NCBI GenBank assembly: GCA_050250855.1
Contig: JBFWNW010000002.1
Coordinates: 128,001-192,000, forward strand
Source of the DNA: Candidatus Babeliales bacterium
GTDB taxonomy: Bacteria > Babelota > Babeliae > Babelales > JACPOV01
Length of the DNA stretch: 64,000 nt
Direction: 5' to 3'
The notes beneath the pieces were generated by a model, which was not told the DNA's origin, searched no databases, and saw only the letters and a program-made list of their open reading frames with translations. Positions 38,120 through 50,030 of the stretch are shown piece by piece (position 1 is the stretch's first letter; every line of letters begins with the position of its first letter). Position numbers and translations under genes: made by a program.

Positions 38120-38629
38120 TTAGGGAAGTCTTTTAGTTAACTGTTCAAGATCTTGATTTAATTGTTGCAGTTCTGTGCTTAATTCTTCTATGTTAAATGC
38201 TGCGGGAGCAACTTTTTGGCCAGAGCTATCAATTGTTATATTGTTAGGAAGTGTTTGTGTTATTCCTTGTATTGTTTTTTCACTTAAATGGTTTTTTCCA
38301 AGATGTAAATAAGTTAGATTTTTTAAAGATTTAAAAATAGAAGGATTTAAAGTAGTAAGCTCATTAAAACTAAGATTAATACTTTCAAGGTTAGGAAGCT
38401 TATCAAAAATATTATTAGGCAGTGTTTTTAGTTTATTATTACTAAGATTAAGATGAGTAATACGAGCTAAAGTTGGTAGATCATTTAAACCATCTAAGCT
38501 TGTAAGATTTTTATTACTTAAATTAACCTTGTCATTTTCTATATTTATTTCTTCTAGTTCACGTACGGATCGAGCATTGATAGACTCAACACAGAAGAGT
38601 GCACATAATAATATACGAACTATTTTCAT
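38120..38629 (-). CDS. Exported leucine-rich-repeat protein
   Basis: LNLSNNKLKTLPNNIFDKLPNLESINLSFNELTTL; signal MKIVRILLCALFCVESINA. Confidence 0.85.
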   Translation of the reverse strand: MKIVRILLCALFCVESINARSVRELEEINIENDKVNLSNKNLTSLDGLNDLPTLARITHLNLSNNKLKTLPNNIFDKLPNLESINLSFNELTTLNPSIFKSLKNLTYLHLGKNHLSEKTIQGITQTLPNNITIDSSGQKVAPAAFNIEELSTELQQLNQDLEQLTKRLP

Positions 38630-38681
38630 TACTTTTCCTTTTTTAGCTATTAAAATTATTTTTGTATGATGATACACAAAC

Positions 38682-40292
38682 TCAATATATTTCTTCAATA
38701 AGTTTGCTAATATCTTTTTTTGTTACGCTTGGATGCATTGCCTGATAAAAGGTTTCATCATAGCTGCGTGTTTCAACTACAACCGGCATAGCAACAGCAT
38801 GCCCTAAGAGTAATGCTTGTTTTTTGCTATCAAGTGATGCAAGAATAGCGCGTAATGTTGTTGAGCCAGAAACGCCGGTCAATACTGCAGCAATATCTTT
38901 CTCATCATTAAGTTGTGCAATAATTTTAGTGCCAATTTGAGAAAGAATTTCTTCATCAATGCCAGAAGGGCGTTGATCTACAACAAGTAAAGAAACATAA
39001 TATTTACGCATTTCGCGGGCAATAATACCAAAAATAGTTTGTTTTGCGGCATGAGGATTTAGGAACTTATGTGCCTCTTCAATAGTTATCATCAGTTTTT
39101 TTGGCTCATCTTCTTTTTTATGAGAACCTAAAAATTTTTCTGTTTTGTTAATATATTCATAGTGAATGCGACGGGTGATAATATTGGCAATTAAAAGATA
39201 GCAAAAGGTTGAAGTGTAGTTGCCAAATTCAACAATAATAGAAATTCCTTTATCAATATACTCCATCATATGGTCAATAACAGAAATATTTTTATAAGCA
39301 CCTGCTGTAGCAGATTTTAAAAATGGTAAACGCTCAATGCGCTTTAATTTTCTATACAGTGCGGCAATAGATTCAGGATGTGCACCAAGTTCTTGCGCAA
39401 ATTCTTTAAGATTTTCTCCTTCAGAAAGTAGTTTGGCAAGCCACTCTTTTTTATAGCGCGCAGCAATAAGATATGCAGCTTCTACTGCTGTAGAGTGAAG
39501 ATTAAGTTCATCTTGCAAGCTCATAATATCGTCAACACTAATTGCTTGATAAGGGATAATAATTTCCATATCAGGAGATCCACCGCGTCGTCGCGTAGAA
39601 TCAGGATCAAGAGAAAATATGGCAACTTTATCATTAAAGAGTGTTTTTAGACCTTTTACGAATGATTTTTCAGAGCCTTCTTTGCGAGCTTGCAAACCAT
39701 ATTCACTGTGCATATCAAAAATTAAATTAACAGCTTTATCATTTTTAATAAGGCCAGCAAGAACAAGACGTGTTAAAAATGTTTTACCAGTTCCTGTTTT
39801 GCCAAAAATACCGTTGCTACGCTCTGTCAAACGATCAAGATTAATACATACGGGCGTTTGCATATCAAGCGGTTGGCCAATATTGAAATATTTTTTTGTA
39901 GGTTCTTGTTCATCACCAAAAATAAGCGCAACATCTTCTTTCGTTGCTTCAAAAACTTCACAAAAGTGAGAAGGAATCGTCTTTACCGGCATAATTTGGT
40001 GGTATTTATTGACCATCAACATGGGCTTGAGTTGTGCTGTGGCATAAATATCTTTTTTCTTTAAAATTGAAGTTAAAAGTGTTTCTTCTTTAGTAGGGGG
40101 AAAGAGCAAAATATCGGGGTGAGTAACTTCTAATGAAAGATCAGTAATAAGAGAAAAAAACGTATAATTATTACTTACTACAGAAACGAATTTTCCTGTT
40201 TTTATATCATCAAGTTCAGCATGGGGTGAAATTCGTAGCAAAAAACCTTCAGTTAATGATCCTGAGATAATATGGCCAAGAAGTTTTTTCAT
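38682..40292 (-). CDS. HerA-like helicase/ATPase (HAS-barrel plus DUF87)
   Basis: N-terminal HAS barrel, GIFGKTGTGKT, IFDMHSEYG, IEEAHKFL, AREMRKY, VDQRPS. Confidence 0.85.
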   Translation of the reverse strand: MKKLLGHIISGSLTEGFLLRISPHAELDDIKTGKFVSVVSNNYTFFSLITDLSLEVTHPDILLFPPTKEETLLTSILKKKDIYATAQLKPMLMVNKYHQIMPVKTIPSHFCEVFEATKEDVALIFGDEQEPTKKYFNIGQPLDMQTPVCINLDRLTERSNGIFGKTGTGKTFLTRLVLAGLIKNDKAVNLIFDMHSEYGLQARKEGSEKSFVKGLKTLFNDKVAIFSLDPDSTRRRGGSPDMEIIIPYQAISVDDIMSLQDELNLHSTAVEAAYLIAARYKKEWLAKLLSEGENLKEFAQELGAHPESIAALYRKLKRIERLPFLKSATAGAYKNISVIDHMMEYIDKGISIIVEFGNYTSTFCYLLIANIITRRIHYEYINKTEKFLGSHKKEDEPKKLMITIEEAHKFLNPHAAKQTIFGIIAREMRKYYVSLLVVDQRPSGIDEEILSQIGTKIIAQLNDEKDIAAVLTGVSGSTTLRAILASLDSKKQALLLGHAVAMPVVVETRSYDETFYQAMHPSVTKKDISKLIEEIY

Positions 40293-40295
40293 AGA

Positions 40296-40535
40296 TTATT
40301 GATCAATTAAAAGAGTTGCTTCGTTTCGTTTAACATCTAAAATGCCACCACTTGTAGTAAATGTTTCAATTTTTCCATTAGAAAGACACATTGTTATTGG
40401 TTGGTGGGGTAATACAAGTAATGCCATAGGAACGTGCTGTGGTTGAATAACAAAGTTTCCTACTGCGGTATTAACTTCTATCCAGGCGATAGCAACGGTC
40501 TTTTTTTCATCAGGTTTTATAATGGTAAGATTCAT
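40296..40535 (-). CDS. atpC: F1 ATP synthase epsilon subunit (beta-sandwich domain only)
   Basis: LTIIKPD, GNFVIQPQHVP, SGGILDV; directly downstream of atpD. Confidence 0.8.
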   Translation of the reverse strand: MNLTIIKPDEKKTVAIAWIEVNTAVGNFVIQPQHVPMALLVLPHQPITMCLSNGKIETFTTSGGILDVKRNEATLLIDQ

Positions 40536-40550
40536 ATTTATTTTTATTTG

Positions 40551-40637
40551 CGTTCGTATGGATTCGACGAGCTCACCACGAACGACTATTCTTTATATAT
40601 TTACCGTTCGCCCTGAGCTTGTCGAAGGGTGCGAACG
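40551..40637. repeat. REP-like inverted pair (REPIN-like) between atpD and atpC
   Basis: CGTTCGTATGGATTCGACGAGCTCACCACGAACG, 19-nt AT spacer, CCGTTCGCCCTGAGCTTGTCGAAGGGTGCGAACG. Confidence 0.85.
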
Positions 40638-40646
40638 ATAAGAATG

Positions 40647-42083
<1,437 letters not shown>

Positions 42084-42200
42084 TTAGGCCTAAAAAACAT
42101 TATAGTTTTAAGGTAGACAATCAAAAGAGTATTGTAAAGAGGATAGTGAACTATTTTTTGTAAGCTTAGGGTAAAAAAGTATATAATGTAAAATTATTAA

Positions 42201-42498
42201 CCGTTCGAATGCTTCGACAAGCTCAGCACGAACGGAGTGATTGTTGAGCGCAGCGTTCACTCCTTCGTGCCCGACGTAGCACTTTAGTTCGACGAAGTTT
42301 TAACGAAGGCGAATTGTGCGAAGGCTGGGAGTTCGACCGAAGAGTCAGCACGAAAGTTATAATATAAATGTGTATTTATTCTATTAACCCTGATATTTCG
42401 ATTAACCCTCAGATTTTGAGCTACATAGGGCATGCAGTAGTAAATGCTGCGCTAATTTTTGATGCCGTTCGCCCTGAGCTCGTCGAAGGGTGCGAACG
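42201..42498. repeat. Composite REP-like element with nested palindromes
   Basis: Left arm 42201-42235, nested middle arm 42263-42356, right arm 42465-42498. Confidence 0.85.
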
Positions 42499-42510
42499 AA
42501 CTAGATAATT

Positions 42511-43107
42511 ATGAAAAGGAAGCTTTTAATAGCAACCCATAACAAAGGAAAACTTCAGCTTTTTAAAAATTATTTAGCGTCTCTTGATTACGATATTCTT
42601 TCCTTGGACGATGTTGGTATTACCTATGATGTAGAAGAAACAGGTTTAACCTACGAAGAAAATGCTCGTAAAAAAGCAGAAGCTTATGCAGAGCTTTCTG
42701 GCCTCTTGACTCTTGCAGATGATGGCGGCTTAGAAATTGATGCGCTTGGAGGGGAGCCGGGTATTTATTCAGCGCGCTATGCAGGAGAAGACAAAACAGA
42801 TGCGCAAAAGGTAGCCTTTGTTCTTGATAAACTAAAAGGTGTTGCAGAGAATGATCGTGCAGCACGATTTGTTGTAGTTCTTGCATTGGCGCAGCCAGGT
42901 AAAGAGATTAAATTTTTTCAAGGAGAGCTAGAAGGTTCTCTTTCTTTAGAGCCTCGAGGAACGCCACATAAGCAGTTGCCTTATCGCCAACTTTTTATAC
43001 CGGAAGGATATTCCTATACGCTTGATGAACTTGATGATCGCGGTATCTCTTATGTTTCTCACCGTCAAAAAGCAGTTAATAAAGTGGTTCAAGCTTTGAA
43101 GGATTAA
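42511..43107 (+). CDS. rdgB: Non-canonical purine NTP pyrophosphatase (RdgB/HAM1)
   Basis: IATHNKGK, EETGLTYEENARKKA, ADDGGLEIDALGGEPGIYSARY, SHR. Confidence 0.9.
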   Translation: MKRKLLIATHNKGKLQLFKNYLASLDYDILSLDDVGITYDVEETGLTYEENARKKAEAYAELSGLLTLADDGGLEIDALGGEPGIYSARYAGEDKTDAQKVAFVLDKLKGVAENDRAARFVVVLALAQPGKEIKFFQGELEGSLSLEPRGTPHKQLPYRQLFIPEGYSYTLDELDDRGISYVSHRQKAVNKVVQALKD

Positions 43108-44174
43108 AGTTTAAATTCTTCTGCATTAGGAAGAGCATGAGCTTTTTTTTCAAGTTCAGCCAAAGATAATAATCCTTGCTGTGGCCCTAAAGCTCCAATT
43201 ACGCTCGCAGCATTTGCAACGCCATATTTTAAAGCTTTTTGCAAAGATAATCCTTGTTGTATACAGCCAACGAATGTAGAACTAAATGCATCGCCAGCGC
43301 CGACAGTGCTTACTACTTTGGCAGAAGTTGTAGGTTGAAAGTAGATAGTTTTTGCATCGCTTACATAAACACCCTCTGCGCCATTAGTGACTACAACTAT
43401 AGAAGGTCCCATCTTGTGTATGGTGTGAAAATAAGCAGCAAGATCAAAAGTAATCTCTTTATAAGAAAGAGGTTTTTGCAAAAGAGTTGGCATATCATTG
43501 CTGCCGGGAAAATTATTCTTAAGAGATGGTTTTAATGAATGCATCAATTGGCACGCTTCGAGTGTATTACATGAAAACAAAGAAATATAAGGAAGTGCTT
43601 TTTTGAGTGTTGCAATGCCATCAGCAAGTTGGCTTTTGCCGGGATTTGTTGCAACAAAAATATTAAGTTCATGAGCTTTTTTTGCCAAGGGCAAAAGTGA
43701 TTCTGCTGAGATGCCACTTAATGAAGTTATATATAAAAAATCAAAAAGATTAAGCTTGCTCAGCGGTAAATTTTTTTGTTCTATGTAAGCATTGGCGCCA
43801 CGATAAGCAAGAATAGGTTGATTACCAGAAGGGGAAGGAAGTATAAATGAGCGGCCTGTTTTGTGCGCATTTGTTGAACAAATAAGTTCAAGATTAATAG
43901 CATGTTTTTTAAGTTCATTCGTGATAAAGGTTCCTTCATGATCAGTGCCAATTTGAAAAAATGATGCAACGTCAAAACCAAGTTTTTTGAATGATGTAGC
44001 GCTATTAGTAGCACCGCCACCTACGGTATAATGAATATCATCTACTTCTATCTTGCAACCTTCTGCAACAAGAATATAAGAACAAAGGTCTTCAGGGATT
44101 TTTGTTGTTGGTGTATTTTTGTAGTGAATAAAAATATCTTGTGTTGCGCTACCAATAGTTAATACTTTTTTCAT
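43104..44174 (-). CDS. PfkB family carbohydrate kinase
   Basis: IGSATQD, GGGATN, VVTNGAEG, STVGAGDAF. Confidence 0.88.
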   Translation of the reverse strand: MKKVLTIGSATQDIFIHYKNTPTTKIPEDLCSYILVAEGCKIEVDDIHYTVGGGATNSATSFKKLGFDVASFFQIGTDHEGTFITNELKKHAINLELICSTNAHKTGRSFILPSPSGNQPILAYRGANAYIEQKNLPLSKLNLFDFLYITSLSGISAESLLPLAKKAHELNIFVATNPGKSQLADGIATLKKALPYISLFSCNTLEACQLMHSLKPSLKNNFPGSNDMPTLLQKPLSYKEITFDLAAYFHTIHKMGPSIVVVTNGAEGVYVSDAKTIYFQPTTSAKVVSTVGAGDAFSSTFVGCIQQGLSLQKALKYGVANAASVIGALGPQQGLLSLAELEKKAHALPNAEEFKL

Positions 44175-44191
44175 ATATGGCTTTGCTGTAG

Positions 44192-44224
44192 GTTCGTATA
44201 CTTCGATGAGCTCAGTACGAACGG
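44192..44224. repeat. REP-like palindrome, single arm
   Basis: GTTCGTATACTTCGATGAGCTCAGTACGAACGG. Confidence 0.75.
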
Positions 44225-44324
44225 ATTGCTTTTTTTATTTCCATTTTATATTGAGCGAGCCGAAAGATATAAATGGAAAATATTTTTACAAAGAGTACCC
44301 TTATTTTTTATTTTTTCCAAATAA

Positions 44325-44353
44325 ATATCCCCGGCTTTTTAAACCGGGGATAT
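44325..44353 (-). terminator. Terminator-like hairpin downstream of lon
   Basis: ATATCCCCGG-ctttttaaa-CCGGGGATAT. Confidence 0.65.
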
Positions 44354-44364
44354 GGTATGCCTAA

Positions 44365-46734
44365 TTACTGTTTATTTTTGAACTTTTTGAGCGGCATATC
44401 TAACAGTACATGTTTTAAAACTTCATCAGCATGATTTACCCAAATGATATCAATATCTTTTGCGATATCTTCAAGCCCTACAAAGTCTGTTTTATTCTTT
44501 AATGGAAAAATAACATGCTCAATTTTGTTACGTTTTGCTGCCAACACTTTTTCCTTAACACCACCTATTGGCATAACTTCTCCATGCAGGTTAAGTTCTC
44601 CTGTCATAGCATAACGGCCATTAATAGGTCTATTAGTAAGGGCAGATAAAATTGAGGTAAGCATAGTGATACCAGCAGAAGGACCATCTTTTGGTATGCC
44701 ACCAGCAGGAACGTGGATGTGTAAATCATAATGCGTAAACATTTTTGCTGCAATACCGAATGTTTTTGCGTGAGCACGTGCATAACTAACAGCAGCTTGC
44801 GCTGATTCTTTCATAACATTACCAAGGTGCCCTGTTAAAATAAGCTTACCGCGTCCTGGCATTATCACCGCTTCAATCTTGAGCATATCGCCACCGCAAG
44901 AAGTCCATGCAAGACCATTCGTTACACCAATTTGATTTTCGAGTGACATGTCATCGCTTGCAAACTTACGCGGCCCAAGAAATTCTTCAAGATTCTTTGG
45001 CGTAAATTTTGCAAGTTTATTGTTTTCTACAATTGAGCGGGCAGCTTTTGAACATAAGGTGCTTACGACACGGTTTAATTGGCGCACGCCAGATTCACGT
45101 GTGTAATTGGTAATTAAATCATCAATTACCTCATCGGGGAATATGATATTATGTTTTTCAAGGCCAGCTTCTTGAATAGCGCGATCAACTAAATAAAGTT
45201 TGCAAATACTTTTTTTCTCATCAAGCGTGTAGCCTGAAAGGTGAATAATTTCCATACGGTCACGTAATGGTTCAGAAATAGTATCAAGGCTATTTGCCGT
45301 AGCTACAAACATTACTTTAGAAAGATCAAAAGGAACACCAAGATAATTATCGTAGAATGTTTTATTTTGTTGTGGATCAAGAACCTCAAGCAATGCTGCT
45401 GAAGGGTCGCCACGGAAATCTTGGCCAATTTTATCAAGCTCATCAATAATCATGACGGGATTTTTTGATGAAACTTTTCTAAATCCTTGGATAAAGCGAC
45501 CAGGCATAGCACCAACATAGGTGCGGCGATGCCCACGAATTTCTGCTTCATCTTTTACGCCACCAAGAGATACGCGGAAATATTCTCTTCCTAAACATTT
45601 TGCAATTGATTGCCCAAGAGAAGTTTTACCTGTTCCAGGGGGCCCAACAAAGCAAACGATAGGAGAAGAACCATCTTGGCGTAGATTTTTTACAGAAATA
45701 AAATCAAGGATTCGTTCTTTAATATCTTTAAGGCCATAATGATCAGCGTCAAGAATCTCTTTTGCATGTTTTATATCAAGATTGTCTTCTGTTTCTTTAT
45801 CCCACGGTAAAGAAAAGATCCAATCCAAATAATTTCTGATAACAGCAGCTTCCATAGAATCTGCTGCAGTTCTTTCTAGACGATTGATTTGGCGTGTTGC
45901 TTCTTTACGTGCATCATCTGGCATGCTTATTGTTTCTAATTTATCACGCATGACATCAATATCTTCAAGCTCATCTTCACCGAGTTCTTTTTTGATAGCT
46001 TTTAGTTGTTCGCGTAGATAAAACTCTTTTTGTGATTTATTCATAGATTCACGTGCATGATTTTTAACACGTTCTTGAATTTCAACAACTTCCAGTTCTC
46101 GTTCAAGAAGGCAATAAAGACCTTCAAGAAATTCAAGTACTGTTTCAGCTTCTAAAAGTTCTTGGGCTTCACGAACATTAATATTAAGATGAGAAAGAAT
46201 AAAATCACCAATCTTTTGTGGATCATGCATTTTTGAAAGAATAGAGCAAAAATCAGGGCTAAAAGAATGTCCATTTGCATCCATTTTTTCAACAAGTTGT
46301 TTAATGTTTTTAATTTGAGCTTCTATTTCAGGGCTATCGGTATTAGTATCCTGAGAAATAGGCTCTATGTGAGCCGTAAGCATGTTGTCTTCAGTGATGA
46401 TAGTTGAAGTATGCGCTTTGCATACTCCTTGTACCAATATTTTAATACCGCCCTCAGGAATCTTGATAAGACGCATGATTGATGCTACGGTACCAATTTC
46501 ATATAAATCCTGAGTTCCTATTGCGCCATGATAATCATCCATTTGCTTTTTTGATGCCAATAATAAAATAAGCTTTGATTCTTCAAGGCTTTTTTGAATA
46601 CCAGCTATAATGCGTTCATCAAGTACCAGCAAAGGAACAATCATTTGGGGAAATACTACTACATCCATGGTTGGAACGATTGGAAGTATTTCCGGAATCA
46701 TTTCGGTCATATTTTTTGCAGATATGTTACTCAT
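44365..46734 (-). CDS. lon: Lon protease
   Basis: GPPGTGKTS, RGHRRTYVGAMPG, PKDGPSAG, IGGVKEK; start MSNISAK after a G-rich SD. Confidence 0.96.
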   Translation of the reverse strand: MSNISAKNMTEMIPEILPIVPTMDVVVFPQMIVPLLVLDERIIAGIQKSLEESKLILLLASKKQMDDYHGAIGTQDLYEIGTVASIMRLIKIPEGGIKILVQGVCKAHTSTIITEDNMLTAHIEPISQDTNTDSPEIEAQIKNIKQLVEKMDANGHSFSPDFCSILSKMHDPQKIGDFILSHLNINVREAQELLEAETVLEFLEGLYCLLERELEVVEIQERVKNHARESMNKSQKEFYLREQLKAIKKELGEDELEDIDVMRDKLETISMPDDARKEATRQINRLERTAADSMEAAVIRNYLDWIFSLPWDKETEDNLDIKHAKEILDADHYGLKDIKERILDFISVKNLRQDGSSPIVCFVGPPGTGKTSLGQSIAKCLGREYFRVSLGGVKDEAEIRGHRRTYVGAMPGRFIQGFRKVSSKNPVMIIDELDKIGQDFRGDPSAALLEVLDPQQNKTFYDNYLGVPFDLSKVMFVATANSLDTISEPLRDRMEIIHLSGYTLDEKKSICKLYLVDRAIQEAGLEKHNIIFPDEVIDDLITNYTRESGVRQLNRVVSTLCSKAARSIVENNKLAKFTPKNLEEFLGPRKFASDDMSLENQIGVTNGLAWTSCGGDMLKIEAVIMPGRGKLILTGHLGNVMKESAQAAVSYARAHAKTFGIAAKMFTHYDLHIHVPAGGIPKDGPSAGITMLTSILSALTNRPINGRYAMTGELNLHGEVMPIGGVKEKVLAAKRNKIEHVIFPLKNKTDFVGLEDIAKDIDIIWVNHADEVLKHVLLDMPLKKFKNKQ

Positions 46735-46930
46735 TGCACTCCCCCTTATTGTTTTTTCAATGAAACACCGTATAATCAACAAACAGGTGATTATCTAGTA
46801 CACGATGCGCCATTTCCCTACAGTGCTTAGTGTAGTTGATTGTTAATTTTTAAAACAAGAATTCTAAGGTATTACTTTAAGAATTGTTGATAATTACACA
46901 CAAAAACTGATTAAAAAATACAAAAAAATA

Positions 46931-47695
46931 ATGAATATAGAGTCTCTAACTGCAAAAAATATACAAAAAATATATACAACTGGAGCAGCTACTATCTCGT
47001 TATTTAGAGGTTTTTCTTATATTTTTAAGCGAGGAAATACCTATGCACTTATGGGGCCTTCCGGAGTAGGAAAGTCAACACTTCTTCATATGCTAGCAGG
47101 TTTTGAAACTCCCTCTGCGGGTTCAGTTTCCATAAATGCCCGAGATTTAAGCACTTTATCTTTAGATGAAAAAAATAAAATTCGTTCTACATCGCTCGGT
47201 TTTATATTTCAACAACCTTATTTAATACCTGAGCTTTCTATTTTAGAGAATGTGATGATAAAAGGACTTATTGCTGGATTACCCCATTCTGTATGTAAAA
47301 ATAAGGCATTATCTATATTAAAAGAGGTAGGGCTTGAGCAGTATAATAATCATTATCCTTCGGAGCTTTCTGGAGGACAACAACAACGTGTTGCCTGTGC
47401 ACGTGCTTTGGTATCAAATCCAGATTTTATTTGCGCAGATGAACCTACAGGAAGTTTGGATAAAAAAACTGCACGGCAGATAGTCGATCTTTTATGTACC
47501 TATCAGAAAAAAAATAACATGGGCCTTATTATTTCAACACATGATGAAATGGTTGCAGCATGCTTGCACTACACTTTAAAAATTAATAACGGCCTTTTTT
47601 CTGAAATTAAAAATGAAGGCAAACAAGATAACCCCATCAAAAAAGAGGAACATATTCAGTGGCAACAAGAAACTCAATTATACGAAAGACAATAG
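46931..47695 (+). CDS. ABC transporter ATP-binding protein (LolD-like)
   Basis: [30 protein letters not shown]. Confidence 0.88.
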   Translation: MNIESLTAKNIQKIYTTGAATISLFRGFSYIFKRGNTYALMGPSGVGKSTLLHMLAGFETPSAGSVSINARDLSTLSLDEKNKIRSTSLGFIFQQPYLIPELSILENVMIKGLIAGLPHSVCKNKALSILKEVGLEQYNNHYPSELSGGQQQRVACARALVSNPDFICADEPTGSLDKKTARQIVDLLCTYQKKNNMGLIISTHDEMVAACLHYTLKINNGLFSEIKNEGKQDNPIKKEEHIQWQQETQLYERQ

Positions 47696-49299
47696 AAGTC
47701 GGCAGTTCAACAATGGTAAGCCGTCTTTTAGGAATGGTGCGTGAAATTTTAATGGCAAATTATTTAGGTGCCGGGATTTTAGCCGACGCATTTGTTACCG
47801 CCTTTAAAATTCCTAATTCTTTACGTAAAATTTTTGCAGAAGGAGCTTTAAGCGCTTCGTTTGTTCCCACGTTTGTTACCTTAGCAAAAAAAGATGGCAA
47901 AGATGCCGTTAATAGTCTTGTTACCTTAGCGCTTTTTCTTTTTGAAGGGGTGCTTTTAATTGTTTGTCTTTTGGTGATGTGGAAAGCTGAGTTTGTTATA
48001 CGTTGTATCGTTCCTGGCTGGTTTGAAGGTTGCCATGCACCTTTGCCAAAACCAGATTCTTTTTTTGCCTCAGTAGTATCATTTATGGGTTCATTTTTTA
48101 TAGGCTGTCAGGCGGCGCCGCAAGTAGTGCATGCAGTAACCTATTTACGTATTTTAATGTGCTTTATTTTATTTTTATCAATGAGTTCATTATTGGCAGG
48201 GGCCTTACAGGCAGTTAACCATTTTTTTGTGCCGGCATTTGCGCCAGTACTTTTAAATATAGTATTTATTACAGGGCTTATTGTTTGTATGAGTTTTTCT
48301 TATTCCCCTGCAGTGCTGTGTATATTTATTTTAGTGGGAGGATTTTTACAGCTTATTTGGCATATATATACCTATTTTAGCTATGGTTTTCATTTTGGCA
48401 CCATACACAAGAAAACCTGGCAAACCTTTACTAAGGTTTGGAAAAAGTTTTTACCCTTTCTTTTTTCTATGAGTATTGTAGAGATTCAATTATTTATTGA
48501 TACAAGCTTTGCTTCTTATTTGGCAACCGGTTCAATAGCATTAATTAATTATGCCAATAGATTTATGCAGATTCCTTTAGGTGTTTTTGCTACGGCGTTT
48601 TCCACCATTTTACTGCCCCATCTATCTCGTGTTGGCAATTACGCACCGCGACGTTTAGGGTTTTATGTATTAGAGGCATCCAAACTTATTTTTTTTGTTA
48701 TGATTCCTTTTTCTTTAATTATGGGTTTTGTTGCTGAAAAAATATTTCTTACGTTGTTTCTTTCTAAAAAATTTACGCTCGATGCAGTGCACACGGCGAG
48801 TTTGATTCTTATTGTTTCTTTAGGTGGATTGGTTTTCTTTTCTTTAAATAAGATTTTACTTAACGTATATTATGCGCTCCATGAAACAAAATTGCCCATG
48901 TATATTTCTATGATAAGTACGCTGGTTAATATTATTTTAAGTTACATTCTTATGACGCCTTTTGGTGTATATGGTATTGCATTTGCTACTACGCTTGCTG
49001 GTGTTATGCAAACAGTTTTATTCGTGTTTTTTTTATGGCGTCGGTTTGATTTAGTATGTTACCCAAAGCAGTTTAAAAAATTTATAACCGGTTTTTGTGT
49101 GCAGTTAGGGCTTTTTTCTTTATTATTTGTATCTGGCTATTATGGTATAGAGTATATGGTTCATCATTGTGCATTAATGCATTTTTTACTTTATAAAATG
49201 GGTTTTTGGCTCTGGTTTGTTCCTTATGCAGCATTATTTTTCTTGGCTTTATTCAAGACAAGAAAGCTATTTGGTTTATCTTTTTATTTTATTGATTAA
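47659..49299 (+). CDS. murJ: Lipid II flippase MurJ
   Basis: SRLLGMVRE, ADAFVTAFKIPNSLRKIFAEGA, YANRFMQIPLGVF. Confidence 0.93.
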   Translation: MATRNSIIRKTIEVGSSTMVSRLLGMVREILMANYLGAGILADAFVTAFKIPNSLRKIFAEGALSASFVPTFVTLAKKDGKDAVNSLVTLALFLFEGVLLIVCLLVMWKAEFVIRCIVPGWFEGCHAPLPKPDSFFASVVSFMGSFFIGCQAAPQVVHAVTYLRILMCFILFLSMSSLLAGALQAVNHFFVPAFAPVLLNIVFITGLIVCMSFSYSPAVLCIFILVGGFLQLIWHIYTYFSYGFHFGTIHKKTWQTFTKVWKKFLPFLFSMSIVEIQLFIDTSFASYLATGSIALINYANRFMQIPLGVFATAFSTILLPHLSRVGNYAPRRLGFYVLEASKLIFFVMIPFSLIMGFVAEKIFLTLFLSKKFTLDAVHTASLILIVSLGGLVFFSLNKILLNVYYALHETKLPMYISMISTLVNIILSYILMTPFGVYGIAFATTLAGVMQTVLFVFFLWRRFDLVCYPKQFKKFITGFCVQLGLFSLLFVSGYYGIEYMVHHCALMHFLLYKMGFWLWFVPYAALFFLALFKTRKLFGLSFYFID

Positions 49300-49308
49300 A
49301 GGAAACCT

Positions 49309-49551
49309 ATGAAATACTATGCTTTATTTTTTTTGATGGCAATAATGATTTTTGGTACTAGTATAAGTTCTGAAAACGATAATAATTTGCCCAAAAATAA
49401 AATAGATACAGAACTTCTTTTGAAAGATATGGATGAGACAATAATAATGATAGACGACTTTTTAAGGGCAATACAAGCATTTGAGGCGAAAAGAACAGCT
49501 AAGAAGAATAACTTAATGCGATTTAATAGGAAGACAAAAGACATTGATTAA
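49309..49551 (+). CDS. Small exported hypothetical protein
   Basis: AAGGA SD, signal-like N-terminus, packed between murJ and a NUDIX gene. Confidence 0.5.
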   Translation: MKYYALFFLMAIMIFGTSISSENDNNLPKNKIDTELLLKDMDETIIMIDDFLRAIQAFEAKRTAKKNNLMRFNRKTKDID

Positions 49552-49966
49552 AGAATTTTCTGCAGGTTTAGTACTGTATACCTATAAAAATAATACGCGT
49601 GAATATTTATTGTTGCACTATCAATCTGGTCATTGGGATTTTCCTAAAGGGCATATTGAGCCAGGTGAAAGTAAATATGAAGCTGCATTGCGCGAGTTAA
49701 AAGAAGAAACAGGTCTTGAGGCAACCATTCTTGATGGTTTTGAAGAATCTTTTTCTTATTTTCATCATCTACCAAAAACAGAGGAGCTTGCGCATAAAAC
49801 TGTTTACTTTTTTATAGGGGTTGCATCATCAAAAGAGGTTATTCTTTCTCATGAGCATATCAATTATGTATGGCTTTCCTTCAAAGAAGCATTAAAACAA
49901 TTAACGTATGATAATGCACAAGAACTCTTACAAAAAGCTGATGATTTTTTAAACAAACAATCGTGA
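49544..49966 (+). CDS. NUDIX hydrolase, asymmetric Ap4A hydrolase-like
   Basis: SAGLV, GHWDFPKGHIEPGESKYEAALRELKEETGL, KTVYFF, LSHEH. Confidence 0.85.
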   Translation: MIKEFSAGLVLYTYKNNTREYLLLHYQSGHWDFPKGHIEPGESKYEAALRELKEETGLEATILDGFEESFSYFHHLPKTEELAHKTVYFFIGVASSKEVILSHEHINYVWLSFKEALKQLTYDNAQELLQKADDFLNKQS

Positions 49967-50030
49967 CTATTGTGCTTGCATGGTTCATTTTTGTACCATA
50001 AAAGAAATTTAGTTAAAAAAGGGTACAGGA

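Noticed and set aside
38682..40292. HerA as an anti-phage defence system (Sir2-HerA, DUF4297-HerA)
   Set aside because: No partner effector gene adjacent; the neighbours are atpC and an exported LRR protein.
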